64,000 nt of DNA from Escherichia coli (GTDB lineage Bacteria; Pseudomonadota; Gammaproteobacteria; Enterobacterales; Enterobacteriaceae): NCBI RefSeq assembly GCF_003334305.1, contig NZ_QOWS01000007.1, one strand, 5' to 3'. The position numbers and the translations under genes were made by a program. The stretch's first letter is position 1. Each line of letters begins with the position of its first letter. Positions 22,690 through 34,073 of the stretch are shown in pieces. The notes beneath the pieces were generated by a model. It ran no database searches, had not been told where the DNA came from, and saw nothing but the letters and a program-made list of their open reading frames with translations.

Positions 22690-23943
22690 TTATGCGTAAA
22701 CCGGGTAACGTGCGCAGATGTCGAGAACTTTACCTTTGATGCGCTCGATAACGGCTTCATCATTGATGCTGTCCAGCACGTCACACATCCAGCCAGCCAG
22801 TTCTTTCGCTTCTGCTTCTTTGAAGCCGCGACGCGTAATTGCCGGAGTACCCACGCGAATACCGGAGGTCACAAACGGGCTCTTCGGATCGTTCGGTACG
22901 CTGTTTTTGTTGACGGTGATGTTAGCACGGCCCAGAGCGGCGTCTGCTTCTTTACCGGTCAGGTTTTTATCGACCAGATCAACCAGGAACAGATGGTTAT
23001 CAGTACCGCCGGAAACCACTTTGTAGCCGCGTTCCAGGAACACTTCTACCATCGCTTTAGCGTTTTTAGCGACCTGCTGCTGGTAAGTTTTGAACTCAGG
23101 CTCCATCGCTTCTTTCAGAGCAACCGCTTTACCGGCGATTACGTGCATCAACGGACCGCCCTGACCACCAGGGAAAACGGCAGAGTTCAGTTTTTTGTAC
23201 AGCTCTTCGCTACCACCTTTCGCCAGGATCAGGCCGCCGCGCGGACCCGCCAGGGTTTTGTGAGTGGTGGTAGTAACAACGTGAGCATGAGGAACCGGGT
23301 TCGGGTAGACGCCAGCAGCAACCAGGCCCGCAACGTGCGCCATATCAACGAACAGGTAAGCACCGATGCTGTCAGCGATTTCACGCATTTTCGCCCAGTC
23401 CACCACGCCGGAATATGCAGAGAAACCACCGATAATCATTTTCGGCTTGTGTTCTTTGGCTTGTTTTTCCAGATCGGCGTAGTCGATATGACCGGTAGCA
23501 TCGATACCGTAAGGAACGATGTTGTACAGTTTACCGGAGAAGTTAACCGGAGAACCGTGAGTCAGGTGACCGCCATGCGCCAGGTTCATACCCAGAACGG
23601 TATCACCTGGTTCCAGCAGCGCGGTGTAGACCGCAAAGTTAGCCTGGGAGCCGGAGTGCGGCTGGACGTTAGCGTAGTCAGCGCCGAACAGTTCTTTCGC
23701 ACGATCGATCGCCAGTTGTTCAACGATATCAACATACTCGCAACCGCCGTAGTAGCGTTTGCCCGGATAACCTTCAGCATATTTGTTGGTCAGCTGAGAA
23801 CCCTGCGCCTGCATTACGCGCGGGCTGGTGTAGTTTTCGGAGGCGATCAGTTCGATGTGCTCTTCCTGACGTACTTTTTCCTGCTCCATAGCCTGCCACA
23901 GTTCGGCATCATAATCGGCAATGTTCATTTCACGCTTTAACAT
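22690..23943 (-). CDS. glyA: Serine hydroxymethyltransferase GlyA, 417 aa
   Basis: ORF track 22690..23949; start set to ATG 23941-23943 ([12 protein letters not shown]...) preceded by AGGAG RBS. Confidence 0.95.
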
Positions 23944-24221
23944 CCGCATCTCCTGACTCAGCTAACAATAAAATTTTTGGCCTTTATAGGCGGTCCTGTT
24001 GGACAACGGCGAACAGTATAACCGAATCATTGTGCGATAACAGGTCTTGACAAAGGAATTTACGCAAACGATTACCTTCAGGCTACGCAAGGCTTTGGAG
24101 AATAAAGAGCTTGCAACCGGAAACGGATTTCTTTTCAGGTTTGTGATGCAAATTTTTCACTTCATCACATTCTTTCTGAAAAACACCAAAGAACCATTTA
24201 CATTGCAGGGCTATTTTTTAT

Positions 24222-24242
24222 AAGATGCATTTGAGATACATC
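24222..24242 (+). promoter_or_regulatory. NsrR operator in the hmp promoter
   Basis: aagatgcatttgagatacatc, an AAGATGCATTT...ACATC inverted repeat matching the remembered NsrR site at hmp, about 30 nt upstream of the start codon. Confidence 0.7.
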
Positions 24243-24270
24243 AATTAAGATGCAAAAAAAGGAAGACCAT

Positions 24271-25461
24271 ATGCTTGACGCTCAAACCATCGCTACAGTA
24301 AAAGCCACCATCCCTTTACTGGTGGAAACGGGGCCAAAGTTAACCGCCCATTTCTACGACCGTATGTTTACTCATAACCCAGAACTCAAAGAAATTTTTA
24401 ACATGAGTAACCAGCGTAATGGCGATCAACGTGAAGCCCTGTTTAACGCTATTGCCGCCTACGCCAGTAATATTGAAAACCTGCCTGCGCTGCTGCCAGC
24501 GGTAGAAAAAATCGCGCAGAAGCACACCAGCTTCCAGATCAAACCGGAACAGTACAACATCGTCGGTGAACACCTGTTGGCAACGCTGGACGAAATGTTC
24601 AGCCCGGGGCAGGAAGTGCTGGACGCGTGGGGTAAAGCCTATGGTGTACTGGCTAATGTATTTATCAATCGCGAGGCGGAAATCTATAACGAAAACGCCA
24701 GCAAAGCCGGTGGTTGGGAAGGTACTCGCGATTTCCGCATTGTGGCTAAAACACCGCGCAGCGCGCTTATCACCAGCTTCGAACTGGAGCCGGTCGACGG
24801 TGGCGCAGTGGCAGAATACCGTCCGGGGCAATATCTCGGCGTCTGGCTGAAGCCGGAAGGTTTCCCGCATCAGGAAATTCGTCAGTACTCTTTGACTCGC
24901 AAACCGGATGGCAAAGGCTATCGTATTGCGGTGAAACGCGAAGAGGGTGGGCAGGTATCCAACTGGTTGCACAATCACGCCAATGTTGGCGATGTCGTGA
25001 AACTGGTTGCTCCGGCAGGTGATTTCTTTATGGCTGTCGCAGATGACACACCAGTGACGTTAATCTCTGCCGGTGTTGGTCAAACGCCAATGCTGGCAAT
25101 GCTCGACACGCTGGCAAAAGCAGGCCACACAGCACAAGTGAACTGGTTCCATGCGGCAGAAAATGGCGATGTTCACGCCTTTGCCGATGAAGTTAAGGAA
25201 CTGGGGCAGTCACTGCCGCGCTTTACCGCGCACACCTGGTATCGTCAGCCGAGCGAAGCCGATCGCGCTAAAGGTCAGTTTGATAGCGAAGGTCTGATGG
25301 ATTTGAGCAAACTGGAAGGTGCGTTCAGCGATCCGACAATGCAGTTCTATCTCTGCGGCCCGGTTGGCTTCATGCAGTTTACCGCGAAACAGTTAGTGGA
25401 TCTGGGCGTGAAGCAGGAAAACATTCATTACGAATGCTTTGGCCCGCATAAGGTGCTGTAA
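24271..25461 (+). CDS. hmp: Flavohemoglobin (nitric oxide dioxygenase) Hmp, 396 aa
   Basis: ORF track 24250..25461; start set to ATG 24271 ([11 protein letters not shown]...) after AGGAAG RBS. Confidence 0.95.
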
Positions 25462-25467
25462 TTTGAT

Positions 25468-25494
25468 GTTGCCGGATGGAAACATCCGGCAACC
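25468..25494. terminator. Hairpin terminator between convergent hmp and glnB
   Basis: Perfect hairpin gttgccggatg-gaaa-catccggcaac. Confidence 0.7.
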
Positions 25495-25505
25495 CTTGAC
25501 GCGGT

Positions 25506-25880
<375 letters not shown>

Positions 25881-25904
25881 CTAAACGTAACACATAACGC
25901 CAAT

Positions 25905-27239
25905 TCATTCCTTGAAATCGTTTGCATCCAGCTCGTGTCGGGAAAGCAGTTTATAAAATTCTGTCCGGTTGCGCCCCGCCATTCTCGCCGCGTGGGTGAC
26001 GTTGCCTTTGGTAATTTGCAGCAGCTTACGCAAATAGTTGAGTTCAAACTGATTACGTGCCTCAACAAAGGTTGGCAGCGCCGTGTTTTCACCCTCCAGC
26101 GCCTGCTCTACTAATGCATCGCTAATAACCGGAGATGAGGTCAGCGCCACGCACTGTTCAATCACGTTGACCAACTGGCGCACATTACCCGGCCAGCTAG
26201 CGGTCATCAGGCGTTTCATCGCATCAGTGGAGAACGCGCGGACAAACGGTTTATGTCGCTCTGCCGCCTGGCGCAACAGGTGATTTGCCAGAAGCGGAAT
26301 GTCTTCTGTGCGCTCTGCCAGAGCCGGAATTTTCAGGCTGACAACGTTGAGGCGGTAATAGAGATCTTCACGGAATTCCCCGCGCGCCATCGCTTTTGGC
26401 AGGTCGCGGTGAGTGGCGGAAATAATCCGCACGTCGATATCAATATCGCGGTTGCTGCCCAGCGGGCGCACTTTACGCTCCTGCAACACGCGCAGCAGTT
26501 TGACCTGCAATGGTGCGGGCATATCGCCAATCTCATCGAGAAATAGCGTACCGCCTTCCGCCGCCTGGAATAAACCTTCGCGATTGCTGACAGCGCCAGT
26601 AAACGCGCCACGCGCATGACCAAACAGCTCCGACTCCAGCAACTGCTCGGGCAATGCGCCACAGTTAATAGCAATAAATGGTTTGCTGTTACGCGGGCTG
26701 GCGTTGTGGATAGCCTGGGCGAAAATCTCTTTCCCGGTGCCGCTCTGGCCATTAATCAACACGCTGACGTCTGATTGCGCCACCAGCCGCGCCTGTTCCA
26801 GCAAACGCAGCATCAGCGGGCTGCGGGTGACAATTGCCTCGCGCCAGCGTTCATCGGTGGCTGGCGCGGATTGCTCCAGCGCATCGTCAATTGCCTGATA
26901 TAGCGCGTCTTTGTCGACAGGCTTGGTGAGGAAACTAAAAACGCCCTGCTGTGTTGCAGCAACGGCATCGGGGATAGAACCATGCGCAGTAAGAATAATT
27001 ACCGGCATTCCCGGCTGCACTTTCTGGATTTCAGCAAACAGCTGCATACCGTCCATTTCATCCATCCGCAGGTCGCTGATAACTAAATCTACTTTTTCGC
27101 GATTCAGTACCCGTAATCCTTCAGCGCCACTTTCCGCCGTGACCACACTGTAGCCTTCGCTGGTCAGGCGCAGGCCAAGCAGTTTCAGCAATCCCGGATC
27201 GTCATCGACCAATAATAAATGCGCAGGTTTATGGCTCAT
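25905..27239 (-). CDS. glrR: Sigma-54-dependent response regulator GlrR (YfhA), 444 aa
   Basis: ORF track 25905..27341; start set to ATG 27237-27239 ([14 protein letters not shown]...); receiver, AAA+ (GESGTGKE) and HTH domains. Confidence 0.9.
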   Translation of the reverse strand: MSHKPAHLLLVDDDPGLLKLLGLRLTSEGYSVVTAESGAEGLRVLNREKVDLVISDLRMDEMDGMQLFAEIQKVQPGMPVIILTAHGSIPDAVAATQQGVFSFLTKPVDKDALYQAIDDALEQSAPATDERWREAIVTRSPLMLRLLEQARLVAQSDVSVLINGQSGTGKEIFAQAIHNASPRNSKPFIAINCGALPEQLLESELFGHARGAFTGAVSNREGLFQAAEGGTLFLDEIGDMPAPLQVKLLRVLQERKVRPLGSNRDIDIDVRIISATHRDLPKAMARGEFREDLYYRLNVVSLKIPALAERTEDIPLLANHLLRQAAERHKPFVRAFSTDAMKRLMTASWPGNVRQLVNVIEQCVALTSSPVISDALVEQALEGENTALPTFVEARNQFELNYLRKLLQITKGNVTHAARMAGRNRTEFYKLLSRHELDANDFKE

Positions 27240-27942
27240 CAGGAGTGACCTCATGGGTGGATGGCGCGGGCTTTTCACCCTCGTGCGGCGTATCCGGCGA
27301 GAAATTTCCAGCCGGTTTGCGGGTCGAGAGCTGGCGTTCAATATCAGTCAGGTTTTCCAGCTTGCGGGTGGTGAGTTCCAGTTGCTGCTGTAGAACGTGA
27401 TGTTGCTGGCGCAATGTATCCAGCTCGCTGTCGCTGGCCTGCTGGAGCTTGCCGTAGCGTTGGCGCTCTTCCGCCAGTTGCAGTTGCAGCGCCTGACCGT
27501 CGCGCCAGAGTTGATACAGAGGGCGAACCTGTGCCGGGATCTCGGTACTTAGCGCATCAATGCGCGCGACCAGCTGGCGGCGCTCATACGGCGTAATTTT
27601 GGCGTCGGCGAGCAAAATCCCTTGTTTAAAGGTATTTTGCCAGCTGCCGTCGTCATATTGGCGAGCTTGCTGACGTGACTGCGCAGGCATTAAACGATCA
27701 GCACAATCCATCGCCCGCAGCCAGTAAAGCGGATTGGTTTCGGTTGATTTACCTTGCAGCGCCCAGATGTCGCTACATTCAGTAGAAAGATAGTCAGCCA
27801 GTTGATAAACCGGAATTTTTTCTTCTGCTGGCGTATCAATGGCTGGCTTATTGTGACTCTGCACGCAACCCAGCAATGCCAGACATGGCAGCCCTGCCAG
27901 CCACAGCCGTCGGGGCAATAATCGTTGAAAAATGTGTCGCAT
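27229..27942 (-). CDS. qseG: Lipoprotein QseG (YfhG), 237 aa
   Basis: ORF track 27229..27948; lipobox LLGC in signal peptide; overlaps glrR start by about 11 nt. Confidence 0.8.
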   Translation of the reverse strand: MRHIFQRLLPRRLWLAGLPCLALLGCVQSHNKPAIDTPAEEKIPVYQLADYLSTECSDIWALQGKSTETNPLYWLRAMDCADRLMPAQSRQQARQYDDGSWQNTFKQGILLADAKITPYERRQLVARIDALSTEIPAQVRPLYQLWRDGQALQLQLAEERQRYGKLQQASDSELDTLRQQHHVLQQQLELTTRKLENLTDIERQLSTRKPAGNFSPDTPHEGEKPAPSTHEVTPDEP

Positions 27943-27948
27943 ATTCAC

Positions 27949-28106
27949 CAGACTTAATGCCTATCCCAGTGGGCGTAATTATTGCAGGCAGTTTGGACAT
28001 GGACAGCGCGGAGAAACCGGAGCGTACACGTCGTACGTGAGGATTTCGAGCACTGCCCGGGGCCGAACTGGCAAATAAAATAGCCTGATGGGATAGGCTG
28101 TTAGCA
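27949..28106. repeat. GC-rich structured intergenic element between glrK and qseG (inverted-repeat flanked, internal palindrome)
   Basis: ctatcccagtggg ... cctgatgggatag flanking inverted repeats and internal palindrome cgtacacgtcgtacg; unusually long and GC-rich for an intra-operon gap. Confidence 0.45.
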
Positions 28107-29534
28107 TTATTTCGTGTTTTTCGACGACGGCAATTCAATGCGGAAACAAACGTCTTGCCCGCTCTCGTCGACCAGATACAGTTCCCCTTGCATACGGCGA
28201 ATACAATCCCTGGCAATGCTTAATCCCAGACCGCTGCCCTTCACCGCCCCTTTTCGCTGGTGGCTTCCTTGAAAAAAGGGTTCGAAGATCATGGCGCGTT
28301 CCTCTTGCGGAATGGGTGTGCCTGTATTGATGACATCAATATAAACCCGTGCACCATGTAAGCTGCTGCGAAGGCAAATGTTACCGGATTCAGCCCCGTA
28401 GTGCACCGCATTGGAGTAAAGATTATCCAGTACGCTCATCAGCAGCATTGGCTCCGCCAGGCAAGCTGTTGCTTTGAGATCGACGTCGGTATGCATCATT
28501 TTAGCCCGTGCGGGCAGGCTATGAGCAGAAACCACTGTCTCCACCAGCGGTGCTAATTCAACATTCTCCAGTTCCACCGCACTGTCCGCCTGTTTACGGT
28601 TGTAATCAAGCAGTTGTTCGATCAGTTTTTGCAAATTGCGGCTGCTGCTATCAAGAATGCTCACCACCTCTTTTTGCTCTGGCGTAAGCGGCCCGACAAC
28701 CTGGTCAGCCAGTAATTCAGTGCCCTCGCGCATACTCGCCAGTGGCGTTTTTAATTCATGAGATAAATGTCTTAAAAATTGATGGCGTTGGGATTCCAGC
28801 CATGACAGGCGCTCACTTAACCAAAGAATACGTTGCCCAACCGAGCGTAACTCGCTCGGTCCACTGAACGAAACGCTATTGCCCAGAGAACGCCCTTCCC
28901 CCAGACGGTTGATCATGCGCTCGATATTTTTCACCGGCCCGATAATCATCCGCGTGAAAAGTAGCACCATCACCAGACTCACCAGAAATAGCACCAGCGA
29001 TTGCCAACCAAAATATTGCCCACGTTCGGCGATTTCACGCTGAAGTTGCTGCCCACGAGAGAACACCACTGTGCGCGTGGCCTGCACCATTTCGGTATTG
29101 GCACTGGCAAAGGCTTCAAGACGCGCGGCGGCGGCAGCATCGGGACCACTGTTGTTACACTGAAGTTGGGCCAGATTGTTCAAATCCTGACGCAATGCCT
29201 GGTAAAGTTTATCGTCTGGCAGTACGCCTGCGTGGGCATCGAGCATTTCGCTGTAACGCTTGCGCTGGCTTTGATAAACCTTCGCAAGCGTAGGATCGTC
29301 CAGCACGCAATACTGACGGTAGCTACGCTCCATCTCCAGCGCCGCGTTGGTCATCGCTTCACTACGCCGGGCATCAATAAGCGTAGTGCGGTTAACCAGC
29401 GCCGCCTGATCGCTAAGCGCATTCAGGCTTTGCCAGGCTTGCCATGCCAGCACCAACAGGGGTAGTAGAATTAGCAAAAATGCCAGCATTACCAGTTGTC
29501 GTAATGAGCGGGGAAAAACAGGCCAGCGTTTCAA
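28107..29534 (-). CDS. glrK: Sensor histidine kinase GlrK (YfhK), 475 aa, probable TTG start
   Basis: ORF track 28107..29597; remembered protein begins MKRWPVFPRSL, which in this sequence corresponds to a TTG start at 29532-29534; HisKA and ATPase motifs present. Confidence 0.8.
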   Translation of the reverse strand: MKRWPVFPRSLRQLVMLAFLLILLPLLVLAWQAWQSLNALSDQAALVNRTTLIDARRSEAMTNAALEMERSYRQYCVLDDPTLAKVYQSQRKRYSEMLDAHAGVLPDDKLYQALRQDLNNLAQLQCNNSGPDAAAAARLEAFASANTEMVQATRTVVFSRGQQLQREIAERGQYFGWQSLVLFLVSLVMVLLFTRMIIGPVKNIERMINRLGEGRSLGNSVSFSGPSELRSVGQRILWLSERLSWLESQRHQFLRHLSHELKTPLASMREGTELLADQVVGPLTPEQKEVVSILDSSSRNLQKLIEQLLDYNRKQADSAVELENVELAPLVETVVSAHSLPARAKMMHTDVDLKATACLAEPMLLMSVLDNLYSNAVHYGAESGNICLRSSLHGARVYIDVINTGTPIPQEERAMIFEPFFQGSHQRKGAVKGSGLGLSIARDCIRRMQGELYLVDESGQDVCFRIELPSSKNTK

Positions 29535-29592
29535 GGTGTTACTCTCGTCAGACGCGAATAGCCTGATGCTAACCGAGGGGAAGTTCAGATAC

Positions 29593-29776
29593 AACAAAGC
29601 CGGGAATTACCCGGCTTTGTTATGGAATAAGGCGGTGCCTAACTCGACGTTTCGCCCGATGGTTGATATAGCTACGCTGATATCAGAAGTTGGACGGCAG
29701 GCACCTTGTTGTGCGTCATTCGAATTTTATGTAGCACGTCCCGAAGGGGCTGACATAAGTCGGTGAATGAGCCACT
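29593..29776 (-). ncRNA. glmY: Small RNA GlmY, about 184 nt
   Basis: Minus-strand sequence AGTGGCTCATTCACCGACTTATGTCAGCCCCTTCGGGACGTGC...AAAGCCGGGTAATTCCCGGCTTTGTTGT matches remembered GlmY, ending in a terminator hairpin directly upstream of glrK. Confidence 0.85.
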
Positions 29777-29786
29777 GCTTACTATT

Positions 29787-29804
29787 ATGCAGTAACTGTG
29801 CCAA
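29787..29804 (-). promoter_or_regulatory. Sigma-54 (-24/-12) promoter of glmY
   Basis: Minus-strand TGGCACagttacTGCAT with GG and GC spaced as in -24/-12 consensus, positioned just upstream of the GlmY 5-prime end. Confidence 0.8.
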
Positions 29805-29892
29805 TAAAGAAAATAGTTTGGTAACGTACTGATTATACGTCGCTTTGAGGGGTTTATGGCTTCTCCGTTATTTGAATGTAAATCAGCCACTG

Positions 29893-29910
29893 TGTCGCTA
29901 AAAAGAGACA
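29893..29910 (-). promoter_or_regulatory. GlrR binding site 1 (TGTC-N10-GACA)
   Basis: tgtcgctaaaaagagaca. Confidence 0.75.
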
Positions 29911-29955
29911 ACTTAAGATAAACTTATTAGATAATATTAAAATCAATGAGTTAAG

Positions 29956-29973
29956 TGTCGCCAGAAAGCGACA
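29956..29973 (-). promoter_or_regulatory. GlrR binding site 2 (TGTC-N10-GACA)
   Basis: tgtcgccagaaagcgaca. Confidence 0.75.
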
Positions 29974-29988
29974 CGGTAAACCACCCAT

Positions 29989-30006
29989 TGTCGTGATTTA
30001 CAGACA
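29989..30006 (-). promoter_or_regulatory. GlrR binding site 3 (TGTC-N10-GACA)
   Basis: tgtcgtgatttacagaca. Confidence 0.75.
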
Positions 30007-30007
30007 C

Positions 30008-30032
30008 AAAAAAGCTCCCGGAGTTGGGAGCT
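30008..30032 (-). terminator. Rho-independent terminator of purL
   Basis: Hairpin agctccc-ggagtt-gggagct followed on the minus strand by TTTTTT. Confidence 0.75.
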
Positions 30033-30053
30033 TATGATAGTGGTTGGTGCTTA

Positions 30054-30086
30054 ATGCCGGATGCGGCGTAAATGCCGCATCCGGGC
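30054..30086. repeat. REP-like palindromic element downstream of purL
   Basis: gccggatgcggcgtaaatgccgcatccgggc, REP-type palindrome. Confidence 0.7.
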
Positions 30087-30109
30087 TGCAAAACCAATGA
30101 ACTGATGAC

Positions 30110-33100
30110 TTACCCCAACTGCTTACGCGCATTGCGGAAAATGCGCATCCATGGGCCATCCTCGCCCCAGTTTTCCGGATGCCAGGAGTTGCTGACAGTA
30201 CGGAAAACACGTTCCGGGTGCGGCATCATAATGGTGACTCGACCACTTTCAGTCGTAATCGACGTAATACCGTTCGGTGAACCGTTCGGGTTAGCCGGGT
30301 AGGTTTCAGTGACTTTGCCGAAGTTATCGACATAGCGCAGTGCCACCAGCCCTTTGCTTTCCAGTGCCGCCAGATGCGCCGCATCACGCACTTCCACGCG
30401 CCCTTCACCATGAGAGACAGCAATCGGCATTTGCGAGCCCACCATCCCCTGCAACAGCAGCGACGGGCTTTGGGTCACTTCAACCAGGCTGAAACGCGCT
30501 TCAAAGCGATCGGAGGTATTGCGCACAAAACGTGGCCACAACTCACTACCTGGGATCAGTTCGCGCAGGTTAGACATCATCTGGCAACCGTTACATACCC
30601 CCAGCGCCAGCGTTTGCGGACGGTGGAAGAAGGTTGCAAACTCATCGCGTACACGGTCATTGAACAGGATTGACTTCGCCCAACCTTCACCGGCACCCAG
30701 CACATCACCGTAGGAGAAACCACCGCACGCGACCAGGGCGTGGAAATCTTCCAGGCCCGTGCGTCCAGTCAGCAGGTCACTCATATGCACATCGATTGCA
30801 TCGAAGCCTGCACGGTGGAAAGCTGCCGCCATTTCAACATGCGAGTTCACGCCCTGCTCACGCAGCACAGCAACTTTCGGACGTGCGCCAGTGGCAATAT
30901 ACGGTGCTGCCACATCTTCGTTGATATCGAACGACAGTTTCACATTCAGGCCCGGATCGGCGTCGTTTGATTTCGCCTGGTGCTCCTGGTCAGCACACTC
31001 CGGGTTGTCACGCAGGCGCTGCATCTGCCAGGTAGTTTCTGCCCACCAGACACGCAACGTGGTGCGGCTTTCGCTGAATACAGTCTGCCCGTTGGCGGTA
31101 ATCACAAAACGGTCACCGGAAACCGCCTGCCCTACATAATGGACACAATCAGCAAGCCCATGCTGTGCCAGTACGGACTCGACCGCTTCACGGTCAGCGG
31201 CACGAACCTGAATCACCGCACCCAGTTCTTCGTTAAACAACGCCGCCAGGCGATCGTCGCCCAGAGAGGCAATATCCGCGTTAATGCCGCAATGACCAGC
31301 AAAGGCCATTTCCGCCAGCGTTACCAGCAGGCCGCCATCAGAGCGGTCGTGGTATGCGAGCAGCTTACGCTGTGCAACCAGCGCCTGAATCGAGTCATAG
31401 AAGCCTTTCAGTTGCGCGACATCGCGTACATCTGCCGGTTTGTCGCCAAGCTGACGATAAACCTGCGCCAGCGCCGTTGCGCCCAGCGCGTTATTGCCTT
31501 TGCCCAAATCAATCAGCAGCAGTGCGTTATCTTCGGTAGAAAGCTGCGGCGTGATGGTGTGACGTACATCTTCCACGCGGGCAAATGCAGAAATCACCAG
31601 CGACAGCGGCGACGTCATTTCGCGCTCTTCGTTACCTTCCTGCCAGCGGGTTTTCATCGACATAGAGTCTTTACCCACCGGGATCGTCAGGCCCAGCGCC
31701 GGACAAAGCTCTTCGCCCACGGCTTTAACGGCTTCATACAGGCCCGCATCTTCACCAGGGTGGCCTGCCGCCGCCATCCAGTTGGCGGAAAGTTTAATGC
31801 GTTTGATATCGCCAATCTGTGTTGCGGCAATATTGGTTAACGCTTCACCGACCGCCAGACGGGCAGAGGCGGCGAAATCCAGCAGCGCAACCGGCGCACG
31901 CTCGCCAATCGCCATCGCTTCACCGTAGTAGCTGTCGAGGCTGGCGGTAGTGACCGCGCAGTTAGCGACCGGCACCTGCCACGGACCCACCATCTGATCG
32001 CGCGCTACCATGCCAGTTACGCTGCGGTCACCGATGGTCACCAGGAAAGTTTTCTCCGCCACGGTCGGCAGATGCAGTACGCGTTTCACCGCGTCTGCAA
32101 TGGTGATCCCTTCACGGACCAGCGCATCGCCCTTCGCTTTCAGCGTTTGTACATCGCGGGTCATCTTCGGCGTTTTACCAAGCAGGACGTCCAGCGGCAG
32201 ATCGATCGGCTGATTATCAAAATGACGATCGTGCAGAGAAAGATGCAGTTCTTCGGTCGCTTCACCAATCACCGCGTAGGGTGCGCGCTCACGCTTACAC
32301 AGTTCGTCAAACAGCGGTAATTGATCGGCAGCAACCGCCAGCACGTAGCGTTCCTGGGATTCGTTACACCAGATTTCCAGCGGGCTCATGCCCGGTTCGT
32401 CGCTTAGAATATCGCGCAGTTCAAATTTACCGCCGCGTCCGCCGTCGCTCACCAGCTCCGGCATCGCGTTAGAAAGACCGCCCGCACCGACGTCGTGGAT
32501 AAACAGAATTGGGTTAGCATCACCAAGCTGCCAGCAACGGTCGATCACTTCCTGGCAACGACGCTCCATCTCCGGGTTGTCGCGCTGTACGGAAGCAAAG
32601 TCGAGGTCGGCATCAGACTGACCTGACGCCATGGAAGACGCCGCTCCGCCGCCAAGACCGATGTTCATTGCCGGGCCGCCGAGAACGACCAGCTTCGCAC
32701 CGACGTTGATCTCGCCTTTTTGTACGTGATCGGCGCGAATGTTGCCGATCCCGCCCGCCAGCATGATCGGTTTGTGATAACCGCGCAGCTCTTCGCCGTT
32801 GTGGCTGTTCACTTTTTCTTCATAAGTACGGAAGTAGCCATTCAGTGCCGGACGACCAAATTCGTTGTTAAACGCCGCGCCGCCCAGCGGGCCTTCGGTC
32901 ATGATGTCCAGCGCGGTGACAATGCGCTCAGGCTTACCGAAATCTTCTTCCCACGGCTGTTCGAAGCCAGGAATTCGCAGGTTGGAAACGGAGAAACCAA
33001 CCAAACCCGCTTTCGGCTTCGCGCCGCGCCCGGTGGCACCTTCATCGCGGATTTCACCGCCGGAACCGGTCGCCGCGCCCGGCCACGGAGAAATCGCCGT

Positions 33101-33997
33101 CGGGTGGTTGTGAGTTTCGACTTTCATCAGAATATGCGCCGGTTCCTGATGGAAATCGTAGCGGCCCGTTTCGTGGTCAGCAAAGTAGCGGCCCACTTCA
33201 GAACCTTCCATTACGGCGGCGTTATCTTTATAAGCAGAGAGAACGTAATCTGGCGTGGTTTCGAAGGTGTTTTTGATCATCTTAAACAGCGATTTCGGCT
33301 GTTGCTCACCGTCGATAACCCAATCGGCGTTAAAAATCTTGTGGCGGCAGTGCTCGGAGTTCGCCTGGGCGAACATATACAGCTCGATGTCGTTCGGGTT
33401 ACGACCAAGCTTTGTGAAAGCATCCTGCAGATAGTCAATTTCATCTTCCGCCAGTGCCAGGCCAAGACGCAGGTTAGCGTCGATTAGCGCCTGACGGCCC
33501 TGCCCCAGCAAATCAACGCTGGTGACCGGAGTCGGTTGATGGTGTGCAAACAGCTGCTCTGCATCATCTAAAGCAAAAAAGACCGTTTCCATCATGCGGT
33601 CGTGCAGTTCAGCGGTAACCTGCTGCCATTGTTCATTGGTCAGCGTACCGGCTTCTATATAGTAAGCAACGCCGCGCTCAAGGCGGTTTACCTGTTGTAG
33701 CCCGCAGTTATGGGCAATATCGGTCGCTTTCGAAGACCAGGGAGAGATGGTGCCAGGACGCGGGGTCACCAGCAGGAGTTTGCCTTGCGGGGCGTGGCTG
33801 GCGAGTGCCGGGCCATATTTCAGCAGGCGTTCAAGTTGTGCGTGCTCATCATCGTTTAACGGCGCATTGAGGTCAGCAAAATGGACATACTCGGCGTAAA
33901 TATTGTGAACCGGGAGCCTGGCAGCCTGAAAACGTGCCAGCAGTTTGTTGATTCGGAATGCCGACAGTGCAGGCGAACCACGCAGAATTTCCATCAT
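30110..33997 (-). CDS. purL: Phosphoribosylformylglycinamidine synthase PurL, 1295 aa
   Basis: ORF track 30110..33997; recognised large PurL with C-terminal glutamine amidotransferase domain. Confidence 0.97.
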   Translation of the reverse strand: MMEILRGSPALSAFRINKLLARFQAARLPVHNIYAEYVHFADLNAPLNDDEHAQLERLLKYGPALASHAPQGKLLLVTPRPGTISPWSSKATDIAHNCGLQQVNRLERGVAYYIEAGTLTNEQWQQVTAELHDRMMETVFFALDDAEQLFAHHQPTPVTSVDLLGQGRQALIDANLRLGLALAEDEIDYLQDAFTKLGRNPNDIELYMFAQANSEHCRHKIFNADWVIDGEQQPKSLFKMIKNTFETTPDYVLSAYKDNAAVMEGSEVGRYFADHETGRYDFHQEPAHILMKVETHNHPTAISPWPGAATGSGGEIRDEGATGRGAKPKAGLVGFSVSNLRIPGFEQPWEEDFGKPERIVTALDIMTEGPLGGAAFNNEFGRPALNGYFRTYEEKVNSHNGEELRGYHKPIMLAGGIGNIRADHVQKGEINVGAKLVVLGGPAMNIGLGGGAASSMASGQSDADLDFASVQRDNPEMERRCQEVIDRCWQLGDANPILFIHDVGAGGLSNAMPELVSDGGRGGKFELRDILSDEPGMSPLEIWCNESQERYVLAVAADQLPLFDELCKRERAPYAVIGEATEELHLSLHDRHFDNQPIDLPLDVLLGKTPKMTRDVQTLKAKGDALVREGITIADAVKRVLHLPTVAEKTFLVTIGDRSVTGMVARDQMVGPWQVPVANCAVTTASLDSYYGEAMAIGERAPVALLDFAASARLAVGEALTNIAATQIGDIKRIKLSANWMAAAGHPGEDAGLYEAVKAVGEELCPALGLTIPVGKDSMSMKTRWQEGNEEREMTSPLSLVISAFARVEDVRHTITPQLSTEDNALLLIDLGKGNNALGATALAQVYRQLGDKPADVRDVAQLKGFYDSIQALVAQRKLLAYHDRSDGGLLVTLAEMAFAGHCGINADIASLGDDRLAALFNEELGAVIQVRAADREAVESVLAQHGLADCVHYVGQAVSGDRFVITANGQTVFSESRTTLRVWWAETTWQMQRLRDNPECADQEHQAKSNDADPGLNVKLSFDINEDVAAPYIATGARPKVAVLREQGVNSHVEMAAAFHRAGFDAIDVHMSDLLTGRTGLEDFHALVACGGFSYGDVLGAGEGWAKSILFNDRVRDEFATFFHRPQTLALGVCNGCQMMSNLRELIPGSELWPRFVRNTSDRFEARFSLVEVTQSPSLLLQGMVGSQMPIAVSHGEGRVEVRDAAHLAALESKGLVALRYVDNFGKVTETYPANPNGSPNGITSITTESGRVTIMMPHPERVFRTVSNSWHPENWGEDGPWMRIFRNARKQLG

Positions 33998-34073
33998 AAG
34001 TCTCTCGTCTTCTAAGCTTTCGGTGTACCCAAGGGGGGGAAACGGGCGTCATTATAAAGAATCTGATGCGCTG

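Noticed and set aside
22993-23940. 315-aa ORF on the plus strand
   Set aside because: Lies entirely antisense to glyA, whose identity is unambiguous; long shadow ORFs of this kind are expected opposite highly expressed, codon-biased genes.
29535-29597. N-terminal extension of glrK (MLYLNFPSVSIRLFASDESNT)
   Set aside because: The extension overlaps the glmY terminator hairpin and the remembered GlrK begins at MKRWPVFPR.
30980-31840. 286-aa plus-strand ORF, with a similar one at 32720..33487
   Set aside because: Both are antisense within purL; no RBS or promoter context; shadow ORFs.
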